Below, piece after piece: positions 36,801 to 43,930 of a stretch of 57,501 nucleotides of DNA. Position numbers and translations under genes: made by a program. The notes below the pieces were generated by a model. The model ran no database searches. It had not been told where the DNA came from and saw only the letters and a program-made list of their open reading frames with translations. Source of the stretch: an uncultured Clostridia bacterium. Lineage in GTDB: Bacteria > Bacillota > Clostridia > Christensenellales > Borkfalkiaceae. Within the stretch, counting starts at the first letter, position 1; every line of letters starts with the position of its first letter. The stretch is from the NCBI GenBank assembly GCA_937915565.1, contig CALDMH010000108.1, positions 1-57,501 on the forward strand, given 5' to 3'.

Positions 36801-37385
36801 GCCGCCGCAGACGTTACGGCGAAGATAGCGGCAATAAATATCGCCGAAGTAAACGACGAAAATTACGCCGCGGCAAAGGCTACCGTAGTTTCCGCAAGAC
36901 AGGATTACGAAGACCTTTCCGACGCCGGTAAAGCGATGGTTACCAACCTCGACGCGCTCAAAGCCGCCGAAGCGAAGGTTAAAGCTTACGAGGACGTTAA
37001 ATCTGCCGCCGACGAAGTTATCGCAAAAATCGCGGCTCTTGAAAAAATAACCGTCACCGACGATAATTACGAAACCGTGAAAGCCGACGTCGTCGCAGCC
37101 AAAGCCGCTTACGAAGCTCTTTCGGAAGCCTCCAAGGCAAGGGTTGATAACTATGAAATTATCGCCTCGGCGGAAAGCAAAATCAATGCTTACGAGGACG
37201 CAAAAGCGGAGGAATCCAATAAACCCACCTCCGAAAAGCCGAACGAATCGCAGAACGACTCCACCGATAGCGGAAGCTCGGGCGGCGGACTTGGTTGCGG
37301 CTCGGCCGTAGGCGCAAGCGGATTAGGCCTTATGGTTCTTCTTGCCGCAGGCGCGGTTGCGATTTTCAAAAAGAAAGAGAATTAA
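33861..37385 (+). CDS. large secreted cell-surface protein (1174 aa) with repeated beta-sandwich-type modules, helical repeats and Cys-containing C-terminal anchor
   Basis: It has a signal peptide ending AYAEE. Four ~200-220-aa modules share a W..W(I/F)(I/T)LK(D/Q) core. A PEPEEPEPQPEEPEELEPE linker is present. Three ~60-aa Ala/Lys/Glu helical repeats carry (E/D)NY..(A/V)KA. The tail reads GGGLGCGSAVGASGLGLMVLLAAGAVAIFKKKEN. Confidence 0.85.
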   Translation: MRKKKLWIVLLCIVAATALCFASLTAYAEEPAEGAETEETLNLALDQTKWNTTTFEAKADGLYAKGTNVSATTKDKIPASATVTTAISGTLAEKDTTWCYAWIVLKQSDPNATVTCNGKNATLSSGNGLIFSWGASHGSESVNEVIDGQSVKMTDTKFVSGFDSWSQYAVNSEITITMTDGPFGTTLDLVFKGGVTNETKTYSYTCENDFSGEGYYGFGYLGGGTVDETHNYVITKATVEEIAVDNDLSHSAANWTTSTGSIVGGENGITATANGNALLKHKLPANSTVTAKITGTAAGTWGNVWFTLKDTRETPDASSSNATAGSYILYRLGGDFNVGQGTIAEVKDGTLLPLNHSIEGASNADSWYVRKQVTEFTFTTEDTETGVKVTVHVKGENCEYEEVIESDNEVLKGEWTLGIGCFVDLAGGNLVIDNVTVKNNDKSEPEKPEPEEPEPQPEEPEELEPEIANLAVSADNFNGGLGNHSGVFGENGITISQTTFSASLVKDVKAGSKIVLDLEGKGETTGWGEAWIILKDVSYPQVIDARQDEKSSFRSLTRGMNYVAFRFGNSYLAGINEVKDGQFTETIITEWAQSDFTAFFKQRVRVVITTEDSDSGVKFNIEFQNLTTGHTLTKEYVSDNVKLKGDYAVNVGTYVGLNAGESIVIRKFGVTETVEKTDRSGANMATDLKYMRNGFNYKAFRYYDGNGLALEQVTKAGFTMYHKVASAQSVTLKYNNTLTSASYGNTYLLLKANDRYVEVPNPNDREINEYNAKSEADPAAAKGDNWILVMFGADGLQRYVCIDGIIEKTNLGDGADNLDVWYWYKQAPSIMLTATDIAETEEDDAHIEVNFTLMGSSGKLTAKSFNVYEEALMGAKYLQVSYFLSTGGNMESDFDFVCLEKLSYMGLDDVVIPEIDVEALNASIASYKAITAENYEAAKATYEAAAAKRAEMNVLQVDKFNAAALAELNKKLEAYLTDKEAAADVTAKIAAINIAEVNDENYAAAKATVVSARQDYEDLSDAGKAMVTNLDALKAAEAKVKAYEDVKSAADEVIAKIAALEKITVTDDNYETVKADVVAAKAAYEALSEASKARVDNYEIIASAESKINAYEDAKAEESNKPTSEKPNESQNDSTDSGSSGGGLGCGSAVGASGLGLMVLLAAGAVAIFKKKEN

Positions 37386-37401
37386 CGGGCGAAGGAAACC
37401 C

Positions 37402-37696
37402 TAGGGATTTCATTTGTCATCACTAACTATTTTTGCGGCGATAAACCGATTTATGCGGCGTTAAACGCCGCTCGTAGTACAGCAAGTACAACTTCGGGCG
37501 TTTGCCTTGCCTAAACGAGCCGCATTGCGGTCGGTTTCTCATCCGCAAAAATGCTTCGCACCGAAAAGAGCGCATTTTTTGATGATTTTTTGCGAACGTG
37601 AGGGTTGCTGTACCGGGCGTACTGCGCCCGAACGGTCGCGGGAAATGGCGAAAAAGACGCCTTTTCGGTAATTAGTGATGGCGAATGGAATCCCTA
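37402..37696. mobile_element. ~295-bp self-complementary element bounded by 28-bp imperfect inverted repeats (MITE-like; alternatively a structured RNA)
   Basis: Positions 37402-37429 pair with 37669-37696: 28 positions, of which 3 are G:U-type on the plus strand and 1 is a mismatch. Nested helices pair 37429-37438 with 37543-37552, 37443-37449 with 37531-37537, and 37453-37459 with 37519-37525. TA dinucleotides sit at both ends of the GGGATT... termini. There is no ORF with coding character. Confidence 0.5.
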
Positions 37697-37716
37697 ACTT
37701 AAATAAAAAATAAGGG

Positions 37717-37756
37717 GGTTGCCGCAAATAAACGGAATAGTTTATTTGCGGCAACC
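37717..37756 (+). terminator. 17-bp perfect hairpin ending 12 nt before the ATG of the SGNH gene
   Basis: Stem GGTTGCCGCAAATAAAC/GTTTATTTGCGGCAACC, loop GGAATA, and only TTT downstream. Confidence 0.55.
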
Positions 37757-37768
37757 TTTCATATCGTT

Positions 37769-39256
37769 ATGAAAAGATTTACATTTTCTGAAAACACGTC
37801 GAAAAGCGAGGCGATTATAAGCTTCGCTCTGCAAATAAATTCGCTTGCGGAAAATCGCGAAAAGGACGACGATTTTCTCGAAGAAAACGAGATTTTTATG
37901 CTTACCGTCGGCGAAAAAGGCAAATTTTCGGCGGAGAACTTTTATCAGAACAAACTCACGATAAGGGCTGTCGGCGAGGAATTATCTCTTCACGGTTACG
38001 CCCCCGATTTTAACAGAACGGGCAACGCCGTGGTTCTTCCGGGCGGGAAAAAGTTAAAAACGAGCGAAAAATACTCGTTTAAAGTCGTTTTAACTAAGCG
38101 CAGAGTTTATATTTACCTTAACGGCGCGCTCGTCGAATCTTACGGAAACGCAAGGGAAACCGTAGACGGTTACGCGTTTTTCGTTCGCAACGGCGAGAAT
38201 ATCGATATAAGCGACGTCGGTTTTACTTCGCGCGACGAAGAGGAGTATCCCACCTCCGAAAAGCTTACGTATTGCGTCGAAAAAGGTCTTTTCGGCGGTT
38301 ATTTGTCTTATGATAAAACCCGCGAAGGTCTTACTTTCAATCGGCTTGACGTGAAAAGTTGTTTCGAGTGTACCACGCGGAATTTTTACGCGTACGATTC
38401 GGGGCTTACGCTCGACGCCGAAACCGACGCGAGCGGGATTAAGCTCGATTTTAAGGTTGTGGATATTCCCGTCGGCAACTGGAATATGCAGTTCGGATTT
38501 GCCGCGGACGGCAGAAGAATCACGCAGCCTATAAAACTCGTAAACAGGGGAGAATACGCTTCCGTAACGATGAACAATCCTTTTAAGGATGGCAAAAGAC
38601 ATCGTTTAACGGTGTTTTTCCCCACGTCCTGCGGCCTTGCCTTAACGCGCGCCGAGTTTTTGAACGCAACCTTTGCCGAAAGAGTGAAAAAGGACGTCCG
38701 CGCTATTTTTATCGGCGACAGCATTACCGAGGGCAGCGAGTGTTTCGATGCTTCGAGGGCTTATCCCAACGCGCTCGCTTTGCATTACGGGCTTGACGCG
38801 CTCAACCAGTCGCTCGGCGGAATGTCTTTCGGCGATTATTGCGCTTCGGGGAATTATCCCGAGCCTTTCGACGTCGCCTTTATAGCCCTCGGAACGAACA
38901 GTTTTTGCGGCGGAACGGGCGATAAGGCGAAAACGCTGAAAACCGTGGCGGAGCAAGCCGAAAAACTTGTGAAAAGGATTAAGGAGAAATTTCCGGATTG
39001 TCGGATATACGGGCTTTTGCCTATTTGGCGTTCGGACGAGGACGGCGTTAATTTTTCGCTTAAAGACACGTCGCGCGCGTTGCGTTCGGTATATTCCCGT
39101 TTAAACGTGAGAATAATAAATTGTCACGATTTCGTTCCCAAGGACTACGGATATTTTTCCGACCCGATTTTTGCGATACACCCAACCTCCGAGGGACACG
39201 ATTTTTACGCCGAGAATCTCATTGCGGCAATAGACAAAAAATACAAAAAAATATAA
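37769..39256 (+). CDS. two-domain protein: N-terminal beta-sandwich-like region + C-terminal SGNH/GDSL hydrolase (carbohydrate esterase-like)
   Basis: SGNH blocks are IFIGDSITEG (block I), LGTNSF (block III) and HPTSEGH (block V) in the C-terminal ~200 aa. No signal peptide and no clear SD sequence, so the start is uncertain. Confidence 0.75.
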   Translation: MKRFTFSENTSKSEAIISFALQINSLAENREKDDDFLEENEIFMLTVGEKGKFSAENFYQNKLTIRAVGEELSLHGYAPDFNRTGNAVVLPGGKKLKTSEKYSFKVVLTKRRVYIYLNGALVESYGNARETVDGYAFFVRNGENIDISDVGFTSRDEEEYPTSEKLTYCVEKGLFGGYLSYDKTREGLTFNRLDVKSCFECTTRNFYAYDSGLTLDAETDASGIKLDFKVVDIPVGNWNMQFGFAADGRRITQPIKLVNRGEYASVTMNNPFKDGKRHRLTVFFPTSCGLALTRAEFLNATFAERVKKDVRAIFIGDSITEGSECFDASRAYPNALALHYGLDALNQSLGGMSFGDYCASGNYPEPFDVAFIALGTNSFCGGTGDKAKTLKTVAEQAEKLVKRIKEKFPDCRIYGLLPIWRSDEDGVNFSLKDTSRALRSVYSRLNVRIINCHDFVPKDYGYFSDPIFAIHPTSEGHDFYAENLIAAIDKKYKKI

Positions 39257-39364
39257 AAAACGGCGTTAAATAAACCGTAAAAGGGCAAAACAGGTCAAAT
39301 ATTGTTAAACACAAAGTCAGCGTATGGTATTTACCGAGCGGGTTTTATAATATAAAATATAGGT

Positions 39365-41221
39365 ATGATAAGAGCAAACGGACAAAAACTGAATATCAGG
39401 CGTGTTTTCGTTTCGGCGCTCGGCGTTTTGCTTATCGTCGGAATGCTGTTTCTCTTTTCCGGTTGTTATTCCGCGGACGTAAACGTCAAGAGCGACGGAA
39501 CGGGCGTAGCCACGATTACCGTAGCCAAATCCGAGGGAGTAACCGCCGATTCCGTTAAGGAAAAAATCGAAAAGGAGATTTATAACGGAGTCGAGCTGGT
39601 ATCGGGCGAGGAAAACAGAATAACGCTTGATAAAATAACCGAAACCGAAAACGCTTTGATAGTAACGGTTTCTTTCAAAAGAATCGGAACGGTGGGCGGC
39701 TTGGGAAAGTTTTATTATAAAAACGCTTCCGAGCTTAAAGCCGACCAGGAACTTCGCGGGTATATTAAAAAACTTTCCAACGGAAAATATCCGCAAATTC
39801 ACAATTACGACGATAGTTTTTACGATTTCGTCGGCAGAAGCACTCGCCCCAAAAAGGAGCTTGCCGTTTTGCCGAAAACGATTGACGGCAAAGAACTTAC
39901 CGTTGACGAATTTATCGGCGAGGACGGAAAGGACAACGCGTACACTCTTGAAAACGACGGAGTTTTCTTCTCGTTCTTTATAGCGGGTTTCGAGGGGCTT
40001 GAAAGCGTAACTTTTAAGCTTAACGGAAAAATCACCGTTATTGCCGGCGACGGCGCGGAAGTTCAGGGTGAGAATACCATAGTCGTAAAACCCTTGAAAA
40101 TCAAAACCGAAAACGTAACGAGAATGGAAAACGGCGAGCCGGTCGTCGTTCAAGGAGAGGAAACGACGTGCTTTTTCGGTTACGCTTATTTCATTCGTCA
40201 AAAGAACAATTTGCCGCTTATTCTCGGAATAATCTGCGGCGCGGTGCTTATAGGCGGAATTCTTGCCGGGATTTTCACGGGATATTTCAAAAAAGTCGTT
40301 AAAGGCCCGAAATTCAGGCAGTTTATAAGGAATTACGATTTATACCTTATGATGTTGCCCGCGTTTATCCTGCTTTTGGTTTTCGTTTACAAGCCGATGC
40401 TCGGCATAACCATAGCTTTTAAAAATTACAAGGCCGAGGACGGAATTTTCGGAAGCGAAACCGTGGGATTGAAAAATTTCATAGACGTGCTTACGCTCCC
40501 GGGTTCGTCGTTCTGGATGCTCGCCAAAAACACCGTTATTCTCGCGCTGTTGAAATTCGTGTTCGGCTTTATCTGCACGATAGGGCTTGCGCTTTTGTTC
40601 AGCTATCTCAAAAACGGCTGGTTCAAAAAAACCGTTCAGACGATAAGCTATTTCCCTTACTTCATAAGCTGGGTAGTCATCTCCGGTATCGCTTGGCTTT
40701 TCCTTGCAACCGATACGGGAATTTTGAATAAAATAGTGGGCTTTTTCGGCGGAAAACCGATAAAATGGTATGAAACGCCCGATTATTGGTACGCAATCTT
40801 AACGTTCACGGCTATGTGGAAAACCACGGGTTACGGAACTATCGTTTACCTTGCGGGAATAACCTCCATAGACCCTGCGCTTTACGAAGCCGCGGTTATC
40901 GACGGGGCGGGCAGATGGAAGCAGTTTTTGTACATAGTTCTCCCGGGGCTTACGCCTATCATCGGCGTTCAGATGATTTTCAGCTTGGGCAACCTCGTCA
41001 GGGACGATTTCGACCAGATTTACACGATGACGGGCGGAGGAAATTCCTATCTTCTCGAAACGACGGAAGTTATCGGCGCGGTCGTGTTCAAAGCAACCGG
41101 AAACGTTGCGAGTTATTCTTCGGCTATGGCTATGAACCTTATGCAAAGTCTGGCGTCGCTCGGGCTTGTTCTCGGCTCAAACGTAGTCATCAAAAAAATG
41201 GGAATGCAATCGTTGTTTTAA
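39365..41221 (+). CDS. ABC sugar-transport permease (LplB/CUT1-type) fused to a ~300-aa N-terminal extracytoplasmic domain
   Basis: The C-terminal ~310 aa look like an LplB-type permease (NYDLYLMMLPAFILLLVFVYKPMLGI..AFKNY; EAA-loop region AAVIDGAGRWKQF). The N-terminus is basic, followed by a TM with an FSGC lipobox-like motif, ~250 aa of soluble sequence, and an extra TM. There is no in-frame stop. Confidence 0.8.
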   Translation: MIRANGQKLNIRRVFVSALGVLLIVGMLFLFSGCYSADVNVKSDGTGVATITVAKSEGVTADSVKEKIEKEIYNGVELVSGEENRITLDKITETENALIVTVSFKRIGTVGGLGKFYYKNASELKADQELRGYIKKLSNGKYPQIHNYDDSFYDFVGRSTRPKKELAVLPKTIDGKELTVDEFIGEDGKDNAYTLENDGVFFSFFIAGFEGLESVTFKLNGKITVIAGDGAEVQGENTIVVKPLKIKTENVTRMENGEPVVVQGEETTCFFGYAYFIRQKNNLPLILGIICGAVLIGGILAGIFTGYFKKVVKGPKFRQFIRNYDLYLMMLPAFILLLVFVYKPMLGITIAFKNYKAEDGIFGSETVGLKNFIDVLTLPGSSFWMLAKNTVILALLKFVFGFICTIGLALLFSYLKNGWFKKTVQTISYFPYFISWVVISGIAWLFLATDTGILNKIVGFFGGKPIKWYETPDYWYAILTFTAMWKTTGYGTIVYLAGITSIDPALYEAAVIDGAGRWKQFLYIVLPGLTPIIGVQMIFSLGNLVRDDFDQIYTMTGGGNSYLLETTEVIGAVVFKATGNVASYSSAMAMNLMQSLASLGLVLGSNVVIKKMGMQSLF

Positions 41222-41234
41222 GGAGGCGTCGGAA

Positions 41235-42113
41235 ATGATAAGGTCAAAAGGCGAAAAAACGTTCGACGCTTTCAACGTCGTTTTTATGGTAATTCTCGCG
41301 GTGATATTCGTTTATCCCGCATTGCTCATAGTGTGCGCCTCGTTCACTTCGGCGGACGCGATAACGAAGTACGGTTATTCCGTTCTGATACGGGAGTTTT
41401 CGCTCTCGTCGTATCACTTCATTTTTCAAACGCAGGGGTTGTTTTTCACCTCGCTTAAAAACTCGGTAATCATCGCCGCAAGCGGAACGGCTTCCGTTGT
41501 GGTTACGGGCGCGCTGTTTGCTTACGCAATTTCGCGCAAGCAGCTTTTGTTCAAAAAATTCTTCGTGATGTATCTCGTTATAACGCTTCTTTTTTCTGGC
41601 GGAACGATTTCGCATTATATGAACATCGATTCGTTGGGGCTTATGAACACCCGCTTGGCGATAATCCTGCCTTCGGCGGTGAACGCCTGGTACATCATTC
41701 TTATGCGTAATTTCTTCGAGAACATTCCTGCGGGGCTTTGCGAATCGGCTCAACTCGAAGGCGCGGGCAACGTGACGATACTTTTTAAAATCATCATACC
41801 GTTGTCCTTCCCGATAATCGCCACGATAATCCTGTTTTCTTCGGTAGACCTCTGGAACAACTGGATAGGCGCGCAGCTTTTCATCGACAGAGCGCACGAG
41901 CATCTCTGGCCGATACAAGCTCTCGTAAGGCAGCTCGAAACCGACTTTAAGTCGATTGTCAGTTCCATCGGCGGCGGCACGAGCCTCGGCTTGAATTCCG
42001 AGGGAATAAAAGCGGCGGCGGTTGTGGTTTCCACACTTCCCATAGTTATCCTTTACCCCTTCCTGCAAAGATTTTTCATTTCGGGAATGTTGGTCGGCGG
42101 AGTTAAGGAATAA
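41235..42113 (+). CDS. ABC sugar-transport permease (LplC-type)
   Basis: Six-TM MalG-like layout with an EAA loop (ESAQLEGAGNVTILFKIIIP). Confidence 0.88.
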   Translation: MIRSKGEKTFDAFNVVFMVILAVIFVYPALLIVCASFTSADAITKYGYSVLIREFSLSSYHFIFQTQGLFFTSLKNSVIIAASGTASVVVTGALFAYAISRKQLLFKKFFVMYLVITLLFSGGTISHYMNIDSLGLMNTRLAIILPSAVNAWYIILMRNFFENIPAGLCESAQLEGAGNVTILFKIIIPLSFPIIATIILFSSVDLWNNWIGAQLFIDRAHEHLWPIQALVRQLETDFKSIVSSIGGGTSLGLNSEGIKAAAVVVSTLPIVILYPFLQRFFISGMLVGGVKE

Positions 42114-42224
42114 ATCGGTTTCAGCCTTTTCGGCGGACGAAACGCATAGCGATTCCGCACCGAAATACGGCAAAAAATAAAAAACGAAAATTAACAAACG
42201 GCAAATCGTTTGTAGGAGGAGAAT

Positions 42225-43913
42225 ATGAAAAAATTATTAAGCATTTTACTTTGCTTTGCAATGTGTTTCGGCCTTGCCGCGTGCGGAGCAGGCAACAACT
42301 CGCAAACTCCGGAATCGACCGGCGGTTCTACGGGCGGCGAAAGTTCGAGGGTTTCTTTTGAAGACGCGGATAAAACGAAAATTACCATTTACGTCGACGA
42401 ATCCAACGTTTACGGAAGTTACGTTGCGGGTTCGGACGAAGCCTTCGTTAAAAAGACGATAGAGAAGAAATTTTACGAAGATACCGGTTACGCCGTGGAC
42501 TTCAATATTCAGATTTGCACCCACGCCACGTTCAACACGCAGTTTTCGGGCGTTATGACGACGGGAAGATGGGACGCCGCCGTTTCTTACCTCGGTCAGG
42601 CAGGACTTGACGAAACCGCGCTCAATCAGGATATAGCTCTCGATTTGAGCGACCTTCTCGATTCCGACGGCGAGCATATTTACGAAGCGATTGACGAAGA
42701 GGCTATGTACGCCACGACGCTTCTCGACGGAACGGTCGTAGGCATTCCTTCCGTTTGTAACACGAAAACGAAAGGTATCCTTTTAAGAACCGATTTGATG
42801 GAAAAAGTGGGTTACACCGTTGAACCCGGCCATAACGACGACCTCGGTAAGACTACCGACAAAGCGGGCGACAAGAAAAAAACTCTCGTAACGCTCGACG
42901 ATTTCACGGATATGCTCGAACGCCTTAAAGTTCAAAACGTATGCGCCAATCCGCTTTCCGGCAACGCTTACGACATAGAGTACACCATAACCGCCGGCGC
43001 GCTTAATTGCCTCGGTTATCAGTGCAAAGACGTTATTTACAACACCGACGGTTCGGTTAAGGAAGTAGTTCCCGGCTGGCTTTCGGAAAATTACGGCGAC
43101 GTTCTGGAAACTCTTTATTACTGGCAGAGCAGAGGTCTTTGGGAAGCCAACAACACCGTAAAGACCACCGAGCAGAGAATAACCGACCTTACTAACGGTA
43201 AATCCTGCGTTTACTGCGTAGACCCCAACGTAATTTCTCTTATAGACGTTGCCCGCAGAGTTAGTTCCGCAAAGCCCGAGGCGAAATTCGCCGTTATCGG
43301 ACCTTTGGACGGCGTTGACGAAAACGGAAACCGCATCGAAGGAAGCGGCGCGTTTGCCGAAACGTCGAGAACGACCGACTGCCTTATCATAAACAAAAAA
43401 TCGCAAAACGCGAAAATAGTCGTGGCTTATCTTAACTGGATGTATTCTTCGGTTGAAAACTACGAACTTTGCGCTTACGGAATAAAAGGCACTCACTGGG
43501 TTGAAGCGGGCGATAAATTCTACGCTTATCCGGAAGGAAAAGCCGACAGATATTTGTCCAAACCGCCGTATTCGGGCGTATTTATGCTTCTTCACAACGA
43601 CGAATTCTCTTATAGAATTTACGACGATTACACCGCCGAAGAGAAAGGGTGGATTAACGTCGTTGAAAACGCAAAGACGATGAAGAACGAAACTGACGGA
43701 ATGTTGTTCTACAATATGTCCGCCGCAATGGCAAACGCTTTCCAGACGGCCGAAAACGATTTCTATCCCAACGTAGCGTTAAAGGCTTGGGACGGAAGCG
43801 TAGACCCCGCCACGTCTTATCCCGCGGGAGTTACGTCTTACAGAAACACCGCAAGCGAATATATCGATTGGCTCACCACGCAGTATAAACTTTACGTGGC
43901 GAAGAGAGTTTAA
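42225..43913 (+). CDS. extracellular solute-binding lipoprotein (LplA-type, 562 aa)
   Basis: Lipobox LAACG, a Ser/Gly linker, a size typical of family-1 oligosaccharide-binding proteins, and an AGGAGG RBS. Confidence 0.85.
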   Translation: MKKLLSILLCFAMCFGLAACGAGNNSQTPESTGGSTGGESSRVSFEDADKTKITIYVDESNVYGSYVAGSDEAFVKKTIEKKFYEDTGYAVDFNIQICTHATFNTQFSGVMTTGRWDAAVSYLGQAGLDETALNQDIALDLSDLLDSDGEHIYEAIDEEAMYATTLLDGTVVGIPSVCNTKTKGILLRTDLMEKVGYTVEPGHNDDLGKTTDKAGDKKKTLVTLDDFTDMLERLKVQNVCANPLSGNAYDIEYTITAGALNCLGYQCKDVIYNTDGSVKEVVPGWLSENYGDVLETLYYWQSRGLWEANNTVKTTEQRITDLTNGKSCVYCVDPNVISLIDVARRVSSAKPEAKFAVIGPLDGVDENGNRIEGSGAFAETSRTTDCLIINKKSQNAKIVVAYLNWMYSSVENYELCAYGIKGTHWVEAGDKFYAYPEGKADRYLSKPPYSGVFMLLHNDEFSYRIYDDYTAEEKGWINVVENAKTMKNETDGMLFYNMSAAMANAFQTAENDFYPNVALKAWDGSVDPATSYPAGVTSYRNTASEYIDWLTTQYKLYVAKRV

Positions 43914-43930
43914 AATAAAGGGGTAAAAAA

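Noticed and set aside
37386-37768. A riboswitch, T-box or other known leader RNA upstream of the SGNH/ABC genes.
   Set aside because: I could not recognise any conserved riboswitch or T-box core (no specifier or T-box sequence, no known aptamer motifs). A 28-bp closing helix and near-complete self-complementarity fit a MITE-like palindrome better. It is kept as an open alternative in the findings.
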